Of a DNA stretch of 64,000 nucleotides, positions 27,110 through 38,434 are shown one piece after another. The notes under the pieces were generated by a model that ran no database searches, was not told where the DNA came from, and saw only the letters and a list, made by a program, of their open reading frames with translations. The translations under genes were made by a program, and so were the position numbers. This DNA is from an uncultured bacterium. GTDB lineage: Bacteria; Babelota; Babeliae; Babelales; Vermiphilaceae. Position 1 is the stretch's first letter; every line of letters starts with the position of its first letter. Location: assembly GCA_963702025.1 (NCBI GenBank), contig OY969699.1:1504001-1568000 (forward strand), given 5' to 3'.

Positions 27110-28099
27110 CTATTCTCTTCCCAGCCACTCCTTCACAATAAAAGGTTGATCACCAAATATGAGACTAATTTCATCTACAACCGTATCAGTGCCCGTAACT
27201 GTACCGTGCCATGGTGATATCTGCACTTTATAATCACCCAATTTCGACGCGATAAAAGAAAAATTTGAATCAGCACGAATCAAACAATCAAATCGTGTTA
27301 ATGCAAAAAAATCATCCAGCACATTAATAAATTCATTGTTTTCAGTAGTGCGGTAATCAAAAATCATGCGATCCGAGCGCACAGCCTCAGCATATTTTTG
27401 CGCAAGTTGGCCAGGATCATCATGATCGGTAAAAAGATAAACATATATGGTGCCGTGCTGAAACAATCGAGTAATTTTTTTAAGTTGTTCGATATAAAAT
27501 GAATCGGGGGCAAATCGTAATGGATGTGAAGCAGTGAGCTGCTCGGCCGTAATCCGATAAACGGGAATATCCCAACCCGTTCCCTTGCGCACATGAACCG
27601 CAACGGTAAGCTTATCAGCCGGCAGTGCCGGTATGCATGTCGGATTTAGTGGGCAAATCATTTTCTGCAACAGTGCTTTAAAACCGGGATCTTCCCAATC
27701 TACAAAGAATAAAAACGGGAAAATTTCATCATTACGATTAAATATCGATTCAGGAAAAAACGGAATCACATACAATGTGCCACTATCCGGATCAATAGTA
27801 GAATCGGCAAACGAATATTCAACAACCGCATCAAACTGCGCTTCAAGCTCTTGGCTATAATGAATCTCATAAAGATCAATCATTAACTGATCAGAGTAAC
27901 CAAATGGCTTATAGAGCAATGGAATTCTATATTTGTAAGAAATCCACTTTGCGTGGCAATAAGAAAGAAGATTGTCCCCAAATCTACCGCCGCTAAAGGT
28001 GTAAGTTACCGCGCTGGAGGTGCCCGATAGCGGAGAAACAAGAAACAAAATAATTATACTAAATAACATAATGCGCTGATAAGATACTGAAAAACTCAT
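27110..28099 (-). CDS. Family 11-like alpha-1,2-fucosyltransferase with signal peptide
   Basis: GGRFGDNL, AVHVRKG, FTD, DFFAL...LIRADSNFSF match GT11 motifs. Confidence 0.7.
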   Translation of the reverse strand: MSFSVSYQRIMLFSIIILFLVSPLSGTSSAVTYTFSGGRFGDNLLSYCHAKWISYKYRIPLLYKPFGYSDQLMIDLYEIHYSQELEAQFDAVVEYSFADSTIDPDSGTLYVIPFFPESIFNRNDEIFPFLFFVDWEDPGFKALLQKMICPLNPTCIPALPADKLTVAVHVRKGTGWDIPVYRITAEQLTASHPLRFAPDSFYIEQLKKITRLFQHGTIYVYLFTDHDDPGQLAQKYAEAVRSDRMIFDYRTTENNEFINVLDDFFALTRFDCLIRADSNFSFIASKLGDYKVQISPWHGTVTGTDTVVDEISLIFGDQPFIVKEWLGRE

Positions 28100-28266
28100 A
28101 TGCTCCCTCTTTACGCTCCCAATGAATTGTAAAATTACTTGTAAAATATCCCAACTTTTTATTCTTCACAACTGTAATTTTTCTTTTTTTTATTCGATCT
28201 AGACAAAACAATAGAAAATTAGTAATTCTTGAGCATTACATTTTTTTAAAAAAGTATGGTATTAAA

Positions 28267-29251
28267 ATGAATACAAAAAATATTTCTTTAAGAAGTCTTG
28301 GCGTCTACACTCTTATTTGCAGCCAGGCACTCATAGCCGCTCCAACGTTTGAAAAACAGTGGCAATATGCAGCATGAATATAATCGCATATGCAATTCCC
28401 TTAAAAAGCAAGGTCTGGAAGAATTAGAAGAAACACATGTGCATCCGTATTGGCAAGCCGAGAAAGAAGAAATAAGAAATTTTATATTAGGCGCACCCGA
28501 AAGCAATTTTCTAAGTAACTGGCAAATCCGTTACAATATGGTCAGAAAAGAAATGGGGGCTGCTCAAACGTATGAAATATGTTACTTGGAACATTGCATC
28601 AGCGAAAAGACAAAAAAACAACTTGCGCTTTTTAAAGAAAGTGATTTCGCACAACTTGATATAGACTGTTATCAATTCAATTGTTCAAGCAATACGCTCG
28701 GACATCTTTTTTATGCTGCAAAAGTCTTGGAAAACAAAAAAGATTTACCCATTAATACTATTGTTGAATTTGGTTCAGGATATGGAAACTTGGCACATAT
28801 TTTTAAAACAATTTTACCCGACTCAACTATTTTCCTCATTGATTTGCCGGAAGTATTAGCAATTCAGCTTCTTTTTTTAAAAGCAACAATGCCAAATGTT
28901 CCGGTATATTTTCATTCGGAAGCATGTGCTACATACCAAGAAAAAGCGATCCATCTACTACCAATACACCTTATTAAACAACTTACTATTAATACCGATC
29001 TTTTCATTTCCACTTTTGCGTTAAGCGAATCCACACAAACCATACAAAGATTGGTCATAAAAAATAACTTTTTTAATGCCAAAATGGTGTATATTACCGG
29101 GCAAATTGATGGCTGGGGAAATCTCGATTTTGTATCTCACCCAATCATCATCAGCGCAGTAAAAAGCTATTGTAAAACAACGCAGTGCCAACCAATGCAT
29201 TATATTTTAGGAGATCGTGTTTCATACGAAATTTTAGGCACAACGTATTAA
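28267..29251 (+). pseudogene. Putative sugar O-methyltransferase, frameshifted after its signal peptide
   Basis: ATG 28267 gives MNTKNISLRSLGVYTLICSQALIAAPTFEKQWQ, stop at 28375; catalytic frame (IVEFGSGYG, LIDLPE, STFALSE) is +1, from about 28349-28367. Confidence 0.65.
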
Positions 29252-30022
29252 AATTGCATAAATAGAGAGCAGTAATGAGAATAATATCAAAAATTGGGAT
29301 CCAACAGCTCGGTTTTTTATTCAGCATTTTTTTTATTGCAGCACTAACGGCAAATCCCCTCGGGGCAACAACAAACCAAACCGATTTGATTATTTATTCC
29401 TATGATCGCCCCATGCAACTCTACGCGCTGCTTGAATCAATCGAAAAGTATGTCACGGGACTAGCAACTATTTCTGTTATTTACCGCACCAGTAATCACG
29501 CATTTGAAGAGGCATACAAAGAGGTTCAAATCCACTTTACCAACGCACATTTTTTCAAACAATCACCACCGTATGATGATCTTAAAACATTAACGTGCGC
29601 ATGTTTTGCCCAAGCCAAGAGCCCGTATATCCTTTTTGGCGTTGACGATATTATTGTTAAAGATTTTATTAATCTTAATGAATGCATAGATGCGCTCGAA
29701 GAATCACATGCTCATGGCTTCTTCTTTCGGCTGGGGAAAAATCTTGATTTTTGCTACGCAATGAATTGTTCTCAACCTCTGCCACTTTTAAAAAATGTCC
29801 GGCCATGCATATATTCCTGGCATTTTAATGAAGGGCTTTATGATTGGCACTATCCTCATAACCTTGATTTTACCCTGTACTCTAAATCAGATTTTGAAAA
29901 TCTGATTGAATCACTCGATTATAAAACTCCCTACTCATTAGAATCACAACTCATGGGCCATGTGGAGTATAGTAGGATTGGACTTTGTTATGAATCATCA
30001 AAGATTGTTAACTTCCCTCTTA

Positions 30023-30946
30023 GAGCCTATCTGAAAACTAAATTTTCTTGATAATGATTATCTGGAAGGCGAATTGCACTAATGCAAGAAAGTTAATGGA
30101 TAACTTTTCATAGCGAGTGAAAATGCGCCTAAATCGATTTATCCAAGAAAAAGTTCTTTCAACTACCCATCGTTTTAAATCTTTCTCAGAAGCAACACGA
30201 GGTTTGTTTTTCGGCTTCTTTGGAGGCATGACAGGAGTAAAATTTCTTTTGATGGCTTCGGCCTTATTTTTTTTAGAAACAAAGCCTTTATCTGTGCGAA
30301 GATAATGATTTTTGGATTGTGGTATTTGTTGTTGCAAATTATCAATAAGGCTTACAAATACTTGCGTATCATGCCGATTGCCGCTCGCAATAGTGGCTCC
30401 AATCGGGATTCCTGCTTCTTCAACAACAAGATTTAATTTTGTTCCTAATTTTCTTCGATCCACAGGACTTTTTCCTGTTTTATCACCTCCTAAAGGCGAT
30501 TTTTTATGGTTAGAGTCTATTGATTGATCATGAAGAGCTAGGCCTATTTTTCGATCATAAAGCATCAAAACTGTTTTCCAAATTTTTTGAAAAGCACCCG
30601 CTCGAATAAGTTCTTTAAATCTTTGATAAATAGTTTTTGATGGGCCAAAACATAATGGCAGAGCTTCCCATTGACATCCAGTTCTTAACAGATAATACAT
30701 TCCAGCTATTAATGGTTCGTTATCCACACGAGGCCGCCCTGTTTTTTTTGGCGGAATATTTGCTGCTATAAAGTTATGAAATTCTTGCAAAAGTGGTTCA
30801 GGTATGACATATTTTGATGGTATAATTTCTTTGTAATTTAAAAGCTTCATATGAAAAATCCCTCTTTGTTTGTGTTGCTACTACAAGAGGGATTGTATTT
30901 TTTCTATCTATTTTTTCAACTGCCTACAGAGTTTTCAGATAGGCTC
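30023..30946 (-). mobile_element. IS5-family insertion sequence (IS1031-like), 924 bp
   Basis: 17-bp perfect TIR GAGCCTATCTGAAAACT; TTA target duplication at 30020-30022 and 30947-30949. Confidence 0.92.
30038..30850 (-). CDS. IS5-family transposase
   Basis: GRPRVD, LRTGCQW..LP, SIDS, TDKGF, RWVVERTFSWINRFRR. Confidence 0.92.
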   Translation of the reverse strand: MKLLNYKEIIPSKYVIPEPLLQEFHNFIAANIPPKKTGRPRVDNEPLIAGMYYLLRTGCQWEALPLCFGPSKTIYQRFKELIRAGAFQKIWKTVLMLYDRKIGLALHDQSIDSNHKKSPLGGDKTGKSPVDRRKLGTKLNLVVEEAGIPIGATIASGNRHDTQVFVSLIDNLQQQIPQSKNHYLRTDKGFVSKKNKAEAIKRNFTPVMPPKKPKNKPRVASEKDLKRWVVERTFSWINRFRRIFTRYEKLSINFLALVQFAFQIIIIKKI

Positions 30947-32559
30947 TTAATATCGTGCAAACCGATTGGCCAAACAATTGCGATAATAATTATGGCACCA
31001 CGCAATTACTCGAACTTTTTAACCAAGATCTCAAAATTGACATAAAGCCCATTCATGGCATTGCCAATAAATCGGCCCATATCTCCGGCAATACATTAAT
31101 TACCTTCGTACCCCGTAAACCGCTTGATGAGAAGCTTATTGTTATCGTAACCCCTTCGTATAATAATAAAGACTGGTGGGAGTGGAACCTTTCTTCTCTT
31201 TTGAATCAAAACTATAAGAATTATTACATTCTCATCACCGATGATTGCTCAACGGACGGCACCGGCGATGCATTGGAAAATTATATTACAAGCAACAATC
31301 TTGAACACAAAGTAAAACTGATAAGAAATAAAAAACGCCGTGGGGCATTATATAACCACTATATGATGATTCATGGTTGCCCTAATGAGGCAATAATTGC
31401 AAACGTTGATGGGGATGACAAATTACCAGATGATCCTGAAATATTAAATAGGCTTAATATGATTTATTCGTTGCAAGATGTCTGGCTCACCTATGGGCAA
31501 TTTGTAGAATATCCTAGTGGCCAAAAAGGATGGTGCTGCCCTATTCCTGAAAATATAGTTAAAAATAACTCTTTTAGAGAATTTACCCATTTGCCATCAC
31601 ATTTGCGAACCTATTATACGTGGCTTTTTAAATGTATAAAGCTTGAAGATCTCCTTGATCGCACCGGTAATTTTTATTCAATGACCTGCGATTATGCGAT
31701 GATGCTCCCCATGATAGAAATGGCCGGGGAACGGCATCTCTGCATACAAGATCAAATTATGTATGTCTACAATAGTAGCAATAATCTCAGCGATCACAAA
31801 ATCAGCAGACAACTCCAAGCTCATATTGCTCAAGTAATTTGCGCAAAAAAACGATACAACAGACTTCCTGAGAGTGCAGAATCTTTTGCTCAAAACCTTG
31901 AAAATGAAAAAGCTGATTGGATTATTTTTGCAGAAGATGCCAACCCTGAATTATTAGAACGATTTATCATATCAATACAACACAAAGTTACCGGAACCGG
32001 TGAGGTCTACATTCTTTATCTTTCATGGCCCACAACCGTTGAAAAATACAAAGAATTAAAAGAAAGATATTCTACCGTTAACTTTCTTGCAATCGATGAA
32101 AACCGTACTAATTTTAAAGAACTACTCACAAATCTGTATCATTATCAACTTAAGCATAATTATGTGCTCTTTTCTTTGGCAAATAATATTGTAGAACAAC
32201 CAATTAATCTTACTGATTGCATTCAAGCATTAGAAGAAACGCAAGCATATTCATTTTCATTAAAACTTTCAAAAGAAAATTCCTGCTACCCGCTTCCTAA
32301 ACATATGCCATTGCTTGAAATACACAATGATATATGCGCATGGAATTATGCGTGCGCAACTGATATGTGGGCATGTGCAAATAGCGTGGACCTAATGCTC
32401 TATCGCCGAAAAACACCAACTATTTCAAGTACTTTGCAAAACTATTGGATGTATTCGTGGATACATTTTGTTGGCTGGTGGTCACAAGAAGGTAATTTAG
32501 ATAAAATTGGTCTTTGTTTTAAATATCCAAAAATAGAAGAAGTAAAATAACGGCAAAAA

Positions 32560-33588
32560 ATGAGTATTTTTCTCAATAGAATCAATCTCTTATTACTATT
32601 ATTTGTTTACATAGCCAACGCTTCAGATTTTTTTTTGACCGGTGATATTTCAGATCTTTCTTCAAATGCAAAACGAATTGCCTGCGATTTAGGTAAAATT
32701 ACCGTGCTCACCCAACCAATTCACGAAGAAAGTTCACAAGCAATTCAAGGCCATTTTGCCGTTACGGGTAGTGTGCTGCGGGGGTTGAGAAAACTAGGTC
32801 TTCCTATGAATTATAACCCAAAAACTATTGATGAAGTTGGCGACCATCTCTTTGTACTGGTAAATATCGATGCTTTATATCAGGCAATAGAATTGAAACG
32901 GCAAAAAAAAATTAAAACTTTAACTGTAGGCCCGAATATCTTAAATAATCCTTCTGAATTTAATCATGTTTTAGGATCGCCAGAGATTGATTGGTATATC
33001 GCACCATGCAATTGGGCCCGAGATTGCAATGTTGAAGAAGAACCACTAATAAAAAACAAAACAGCTATTTGGTACGCGGGAGTTGATACTGAATATTGGA
33101 AACTACAGGAATCAAAAAAAGAAACAAAAACAATGTTAGTTTATTGGAAAACTGAACCGGAAAGCTTTTGCATAGAAATAGAAAATATTTTACATAAGCA
33201 TGGCTGGAAAACTAGGCGATTGCGCTATGGCAGCTATTCGCACGAAGTGTATAAACAAGTACTAAATGAAGTAGATGCTGCCATCTTTATTAGTTCCTCA
33301 GAATCACAAGGAATTGCACTTGCAGAGTGCTGGGCCATGGATGTGCCTACTTTGGTATGGAACCCGGGAAGAGTTTTCGTCCATAATCGATGGGTAGAGG
33401 CTAATTCAGCGCCTTATCTAACAGCGGCAACTGGATTTCTCTGGCAAACAATTACTGAATTTGAAGAATTATTGAATAATTTTGAACAACTAAAAAAAAA
33501 ATTCAAGCCCCGTGCATGGATTATCGATTATATGAGCGATGAGGCATCTATTTATTTATTACTAGATCTCATAAGATATTCGCTATAA
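32560..33588 (+). CDS. GT-B (family 4-like) glycosyltransferase with signal peptide
   Basis: SESQGIALAECWAMDVP (E-x7-E motif). Confidence 0.75.
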   Translation: MSIFLNRINLLLLLFVYIANASDFFLTGDISDLSSNAKRIACDLGKITVLTQPIHEESSQAIQGHFAVTGSVLRGLRKLGLPMNYNPKTIDEVGDHLFVLVNIDALYQAIELKRQKKIKTLTVGPNILNNPSEFNHVLGSPEIDWYIAPCNWARDCNVEEEPLIKNKTAIWYAGVDTEYWKLQESKKETKTMLVYWKTEPESFCIEIENILHKHGWKTRRLRYGSYSHEVYKQVLNEVDAAIFISSSESQGIALAECWAMDVPTLVWNPGRVFVHNRWVEANSAPYLTAATGFLWQTITEFEELLNNFEQLKKKFKPRAWIIDYMSDEASIYLLLDLIRYSL

Positions 33589-33657
33589 CTTGTACCATTC
33601 ATTTTTATATGGTAGAAAATTGCATATCATGTAAGCACAAAAAAAGGAAATCTAATT

Positions 33658-34443
33658 ATGTTCACTTTTTTTATCATTTTATTATTTAGTTCTTTTGCAT
33701 ATGCTGTAGAAGCACAAAATCTCTATTTAGATTTAATGAAAAAATGTTTAATCAATTCAATCTATCAAGACCCAGGCTGTAAAGAAGGAGAGGGCCCATA
33801 TCAAAAAGAAATTCGAGAAAATGGACTTGATTGGCCTCATACGGCTCATACTATGATAGGCCTTGGCAGACTTAATAACCTTCAATTTTGTGTAGAAGAG
33901 GTATTAAAAAACAATATCCCTGGTGACTTAATAGAAACAGGAGTATGGCGTGGAGGGGCGACAATCTTCATGCGTGCTATCCTGAAAGCATATAATAATA
34001 CAGAAAAAAAAGTGTGGGTAGCTGATTCATTTGAAGGGTTGCCAGCACCTAAACCATGGCTCTATCCCGCAGATACAGGCATTCAATTACACGCGTATAA
34101 ACAATTAGCAATCTCATTAGAACGAGTAAAATCAAATTTTGAACGTTACGATTTGCTTGATAATCAAGTCTGTTTTTTAAAAGGATGGTTCTGCGATACA
34201 TTGCCCACAGCACCTATAAAACAAATATCCGTTATGCGTCTTGATGGCGATTTATACGAATCGACAATGGATGCATTAATAAATCTATACCCGAAGCTTT
34301 CAATTGGGGGCTATGTAATTATAGATGACTATGGGATGGAATCATGCCGCAATGCTGTATTGGATTTCAGAAAACAATTTGGAATCACTGATGAAATGCA
34401 TTTTGTAGATCACACCGGTGCATTTTGGAAACGAGCTCAATAA
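33658..34443 (+). CDS. TylF/MycF/NovP family sugar O-methyltransferase with signal peptide
   Basis: TMIG..RL, GDLIETGVWRGG, DSFEGLP, RLDGDLYEST, IIDDY. Confidence 0.92.
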   Translation: MFTFFIILLFSSFAYAVEAQNLYLDLMKKCLINSIYQDPGCKEGEGPYQKEIRENGLDWPHTAHTMIGLGRLNNLQFCVEEVLKNNIPGDLIETGVWRGGATIFMRAILKAYNNTEKKVWVADSFEGLPAPKPWLYPADTGIQLHAYKQLAISLERVKSNFERYDLLDNQVCFLKGWFCDTLPTAPIKQISVMRLDGDLYESTMDALINLYPKLSIGGYVIIDDYGMESCRNAVLDFRKQFGITDEMHFVDHTGAFWKRAQ

Positions 34444-34467
34444 TTAGTCTCTTTTTTCCAAAGAATC

Positions 34468-35133
34468 ATGAAAAAAATAATTATTTTGTTAGTCCTAACG
34501 TTAGCACAAAAAACATATTGCCAAGAAATAAAAATCATTTGCACCGCTGCATTGATAGACCAAAATTTTGAAGAACGCAAAATTGAATATATTAACTCAT
34601 TAGAAGTTTTATCTTCATATGGTTATAGTAATCCATACGTTATTGAAGCCATAAAATCAACTGGCCCTACCTTTTTAGACAATTATTCATGCAAGGTTAT
34701 TTACACCAAGGTAAACAACTCTAATTTACACAATAAAGGAGTTAATGAAGCGAAATCAATATTAGAAGCCTTGAAATACTTGTATATTGATGATAATGAT
34801 ATGTTAATTAAAATTACCGGAAGATATTTTTTTACTTCGAATGCATTTCTTACACTAGTAAAAGAATCACCTGGATTTGATGGGTTCATCAAAACTGATA
34901 GCCATAATCAAGTCTTCACTGGTTGTTTTGCACTACGGTATAAACATTTTAAAGAATTTCTCTATCAGCTTAATTTAGAATTTATGGAAAACAACATGAT
35001 TAATATTGAATGGGAATTGGCACAATATATTAATTCTTTAGAAACAAACCAAATAAAAATCATGAAAGTAGAAAATCTGGGTATTACTGCGAATATTTTT
35101 GGAAATGGTAATCCTATTCTGACTTATTGGTAA
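34468..35133 (+). CDS. Secreted hypothetical protein, possibly glycosyltransferase-related
   Basis: Signal peptide; NKGVNEA...IKITGRY motif; lies within the glycosylation cluster. Confidence 0.55.
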   Translation: MKKIIILLVLTLAQKTYCQEIKIICTAALIDQNFEERKIEYINSLEVLSSYGYSNPYVIEAIKSTGPTFLDNYSCKVIYTKVNNSNLHNKGVNEAKSILEALKYLYIDDNDMLIKITGRYFFTSNAFLTLVKESPGFDGFIKTDSHNQVFTGCFALRYKHFKEFLYQLNLEFMENNMINIEWELAQYINSLETNQIKIMKVENLGITANIFGNGNPILTYW

Positions 35134-35148
35134 AATAAAAAGGATCTC

Positions 35149-35871
35149 GTGAAAAATCAATATATTTTCGGCACTATTTTAATGCTCATATTACGCATCG
35201 AGGCAAATCAGTCTCTTGATTCTTTAGGACTAGAATATGGAACCGACAAAAGCTCAATTTCTCACGCTTATACAAAAATCTACGAGAAGTACTTTTCACC
35301 ATTAAAAGAAAAACCATTAAGATTTTTAGAAATAGGATTTTTTCAAGGTAATTCAGCGCATATGTGGGAAAAATATTTTAGCGATGCACAGTTATTTTTT
35401 ATAGATATAGATCCTTTAACAAGAAATTTTTTCCAAAACTTTGCCAGAGCCAAGCTTTCTATTGTAAACCAAGAAAATCCAAACGAACTTAGTAATTTTA
35501 TTAGAGAAGTTGGTGGCGATTTTGATATTATTATTGATGATGGCGGACATACAATGAATCAGCAAATCATTAGTTTTAAAGTTTTATTCCCATTCCTTAA
35601 ATCAGGTGGGATCTACGTCATTGAAGATTTGCATACATCGTATACTTATATCCCTGATTATGAGCGCTTCCATTATAATAATACGCAAGGGCAAACCGCC
35701 GTTGAATTTTTACAAAGTCTCATTCACTCAATTAATAATGTGGGTGCTAGAAATGGCTGCGCTGACTTTTCTAAATGCCCCGAATCTCTTTATTCGCTAC
35801 TTTCCAAACATGAAAAAGAGATCGAATCACTACACTTTTATTGCTCTTTATGCTTTATATTTAAACGATAA
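35149..35871 (+). CDS. Class I SAM methyltransferase (MycE-like sugar O-methyltransferase) with signal peptide
   Basis: GTDK, LEIG, FDIIIDDGGH, GGIYVIEDLHTSY. Confidence 0.85.
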   Translation: MKNQYIFGTILMLILRIEANQSLDSLGLEYGTDKSSISHAYTKIYEKYFSPLKEKPLRFLEIGFFQGNSAHMWEKYFSDAQLFFIDIDPLTRNFFQNFARAKLSIVNQENPNELSNFIREVGGDFDIIIDDGGHTMNQQIISFKVLFPFLKSGGIYVIEDLHTSYTYIPDYERFHYNNTQGQTAVEFLQSLIHSINNVGARNGCADFSKCPESLYSLLSKHEKEIESLHFYCSLCFIFKR

Positions 35872-35881
35872 TAAGGAATTT

Positions 35882-36649
35882 ATGTATCTAACTATTATTT
35901 TGGGCATGCTATTAAATTGCATATCAATTTCTTGTCAAAATTATAGTCTACTACTACATACAAATAAAAATTTTCTTACAGAGTTAAAGGAATTATCTTT
36001 ATGGCCTGAAAACATACCTTTAAAACTCCACTTAGGTTGTGGCGAAAATCATATCAATGGCTATATTAACATAGATTATCCCCCAGTAGAACATACTGTA
36101 CAGGCTACCTCTGGCGCAGACATTTTTGCCGACATAACCACACTTCATCTTCCTCAAGAGAGTATTGACGAAATTCGCTCTCATCATGTTTTTGAACATT
36201 TTGACCGTCAACAGGCTCTCGCTCTCTTATGCAACTGGCACCTACAACTGAAAATTGGTGGCACCCTTATTATCGAAACGCCTGATTTTGAAAGAAGCGC
36301 AAAATTAATACTTTTAGATGATGCTCTTTCTTATAAAGAAAAACAAGCAATTTTAAGACATATTTTTGGCTCTCATGAAGCGCGATGGGCCATCCACTGT
36401 GATGGATGGTATGAAGCAAAATATCGGCACGTTCTACCGCTTTTGGGTTTTGAGGATATTACAATTGAACATTCTCGCTATTTAAATCTCTGCAATATAA
36501 CCGTGTCGGCACGAAAAACAAAAAGTCTTTATTGCAATGAACTCATATGCATTGCGCAAGAAATTTTACAAGAAAGTCTTGTGGCTGAATGTGAAACAAA
36601 AATGTATCAAGTATGGTGTGAACAATTTAATAGGGCTATGTTTCAATGA
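35882..36649 (+). CDS. SAM methyltransferase (type 11-like) with signal peptide
   Basis: AAGGA RBS then ATG 35882; LHLGCG, YINID, HVFEH, GGTLIIETPD. Confidence 0.8.
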   Translation: MYLTIILGMLLNCISISCQNYSLLLHTNKNFLTELKELSLWPENIPLKLHLGCGENHINGYINIDYPPVEHTVQATSGADIFADITTLHLPQESIDEIRSHHVFEHFDRQQALALLCNWHLQLKIGGTLIIETPDFERSAKLILLDDALSYKEKQAILRHIFGSHEARWAIHCDGWYEAKYRHVLPLLGFEDITIEHSRYLNLCNITVSARKTKSLYCNELICIAQEILQESLVAECETKMYQVWCEQFNRAMFQ

Positions 36650-38388
36650 AAAAAATTATAATTGTATCAAGTCTTCTTTTGTTGTTAAAGACGATAAACA
36701 TCATAGCTTATACTATTTATGAAAATTCTGCTGAATATGTAAATGTAGGATTCGACAATTGTGACATGCATACAAATGGAGAAGAGGATATCATTTCTCA
36801 TTTTATCAAAAATCGAGAAACGGTATTCGATATTGGTGCGAATGTTGGATCCTGGAGCCAAAAAGTTCTAACGAAAGTTAATAGTCCTCTGATTTTTGCA
36901 TTCGAACCCATTCCGGAGACTTTCAAAATATTACAAAATAATTTGAATCATCCTAATGTTCACATTTTCAATTTTGCTTTTGCCGATATTAAAGGTTTCA
37001 AAAGCATTGCGTACTATGATGCATCTCTCATTTTAGCAGAACTTAGCTCTTTTTATCCTCGGCCTATTGTTGAAGAAATGCATCAAACCAAACCAACTTT
37101 TTTGAAAGTACCAACGCATTCAATAGATAGTTTTTGTAAAGAAAAAAAAATTAATAGAATCCATTTTTTAAAAATTGATACTGAAGGATCAGAACTAGAC
37201 ATTTTAAAAGGATCAATACAAGCATTAGCACATAAAACAATCAATTGTATTCAATTTGAATATGGTGGGACTTACCAAGATGCAAAGACGACATTGCAAG
37301 AAGTTTATCAACTACTAACTCAAAATGGATATATTGTATTTAGAATCATTCCAGAGGGCCTAATTAAGATATCACAATGGTCAAATGATTTAGAAAATTA
37401 TCGCTATTCTAATTATTTAGCATTAGTAGATGATGCTTTGTTAGCCACAGAGCAAAATTCACAACCAGCTATCATTTTACCTCTTTTACCAGTAAAATCA
37501 GGCAAACTCGGTTGGGCTGGTGGCCCGCTGAACAAATCATTCTTGCAAACAATTCAAAAAATTTTTGATACATCGTTGCTTATCGAAACAGGCACATATA
37601 GAGGCGATAGTTCTGCAATTGCGGGAGATATATTTGAACAAGTGTATACAATAGAATTAAGCCCTTCGCTCTATGAAAAGGCATGTCAACGTTTTATAAA
37701 CGATCCTTCCATACTTCTTTATTGTGGAGATTCAGCAATAGTTCTGGAACAAATTTTGTCTTCTTTACAAAAGAAAGCAGTATTGTGGCTTGATGGGCAT
37801 TGGAGTGGGGGAGAAACAGCAAAAGGAACAACTAACACCCCGATATTAGAAGAATTAAATGCGGTTAAAAAAAGTATGATAACAAATAGTATTATATTGA
37901 TTGATGATATTCGTTTATTTCAAAAAAGTACGCAAAAAAATATTCATATATCTCTTGAAGGCTACCCGGAATTGAACATTATTATAGATGCCATTAGGCA
38001 AATAAACCCTAATTACTCGGTCTGGGTATATGGCGACATTTTAATCGCCTTTTCTGATTCAAATATTTCTGTAGCTCCTATTATTAGGGCAATGACAGTA
38101 AGTAGACTAAACATAGAAAATGAAAACAACCTTCTTGAAGCTGAAACAATAATAGCAAATGCTACAGAGGAAGAAATCTGCATTATAAAAGATTTATGCA
38201 ATGATTTTGCGGATGATGGTGGATATGGCTTTAATCGCTACTATCATTTTTGGTATGCCCTTACATTGTTAAAACGCAATGAAACTCTCGCATATAGTCA
38301 TATGAAATTGGCCTCGCACGGAGGATGCCGAAGGGCAGAATACTATTTGCAATCTTGGCAATGGAGTCAAGATATTGAAACTTTTTGA
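36646..38388 (+). CDS. FkbM-family methyltransferase fused to a second methyltransferase-like domain, with signal peptide
   Basis: FDIGANVG, FEP, LKIDTEGSE; second half IETGTYRG, WLDGHWSGG, IDD, paralogous to 46544. Confidence 0.85.
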   Translation: MKKIIIVSSLLLLLKTINIIAYTIYENSAEYVNVGFDNCDMHTNGEEDIISHFIKNRETVFDIGANVGSWSQKVLTKVNSPLIFAFEPIPETFKILQNNLNHPNVHIFNFAFADIKGFKSIAYYDASLILAELSSFYPRPIVEEMHQTKPTFLKVPTHSIDSFCKEKKINRIHFLKIDTEGSELDILKGSIQALAHKTINCIQFEYGGTYQDAKTTLQEVYQLLTQNGYIVFRIIPEGLIKISQWSNDLENYRYSNYLALVDDALLATEQNSQPAIILPLLPVKSGKLGWAGGPLNKSFLQTIQKIFDTSLLIETGTYRGDSSAIAGDIFEQVYTIELSPSLYEKACQRFINDPSILLYCGDSAIVLEQILSSLQKKAVLWLDGHWSGGETAKGTTNTPILEELNAVKKSMITNSIILIDDIRLFQKSTQKNIHISLEGYPELNIIIDAIRQINPNYSVWVYGDILIAFSDSNISVAPIIRAMTVSRLNIENENNLLEAETIIANATEEEICIIKDLCNDFADDGGYGFNRYYHFWYALTLLKRNETLAYSHMKLASHGGCRRAEYYLQSWQWSQDIETF

Positions 38389-38434
38389 ATGTTCATTTTC
38401 AAACTAGCCCGAAATTAAATTCCTGCTCTTTCTT

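Larger units (their letters stand above)
29275..32550 (+). pseudogene. Multi-domain glycosyltransferase (A-GT2-A') interrupted by an IS5-family element
   Basis: Removing 30023-30949 restores the in-frame read KIVNFPL-N-IVQTDWPNN and a 782-aa protein with a signal peptide. Confidence 0.85.

Noticed and set aside
25934..27217. Short plus-strand ORFs (25934, 26106, 26948) and the 26948-27022 extension
   Set aside because: They run through palindromic repeats or lie antisense to real genes
35606..35881. 92-aa N-terminal extension of the methyltransferase ORF
   Set aside because: Overlaps the upstream gene; an RBS and leader at ATG 35882 give a better start
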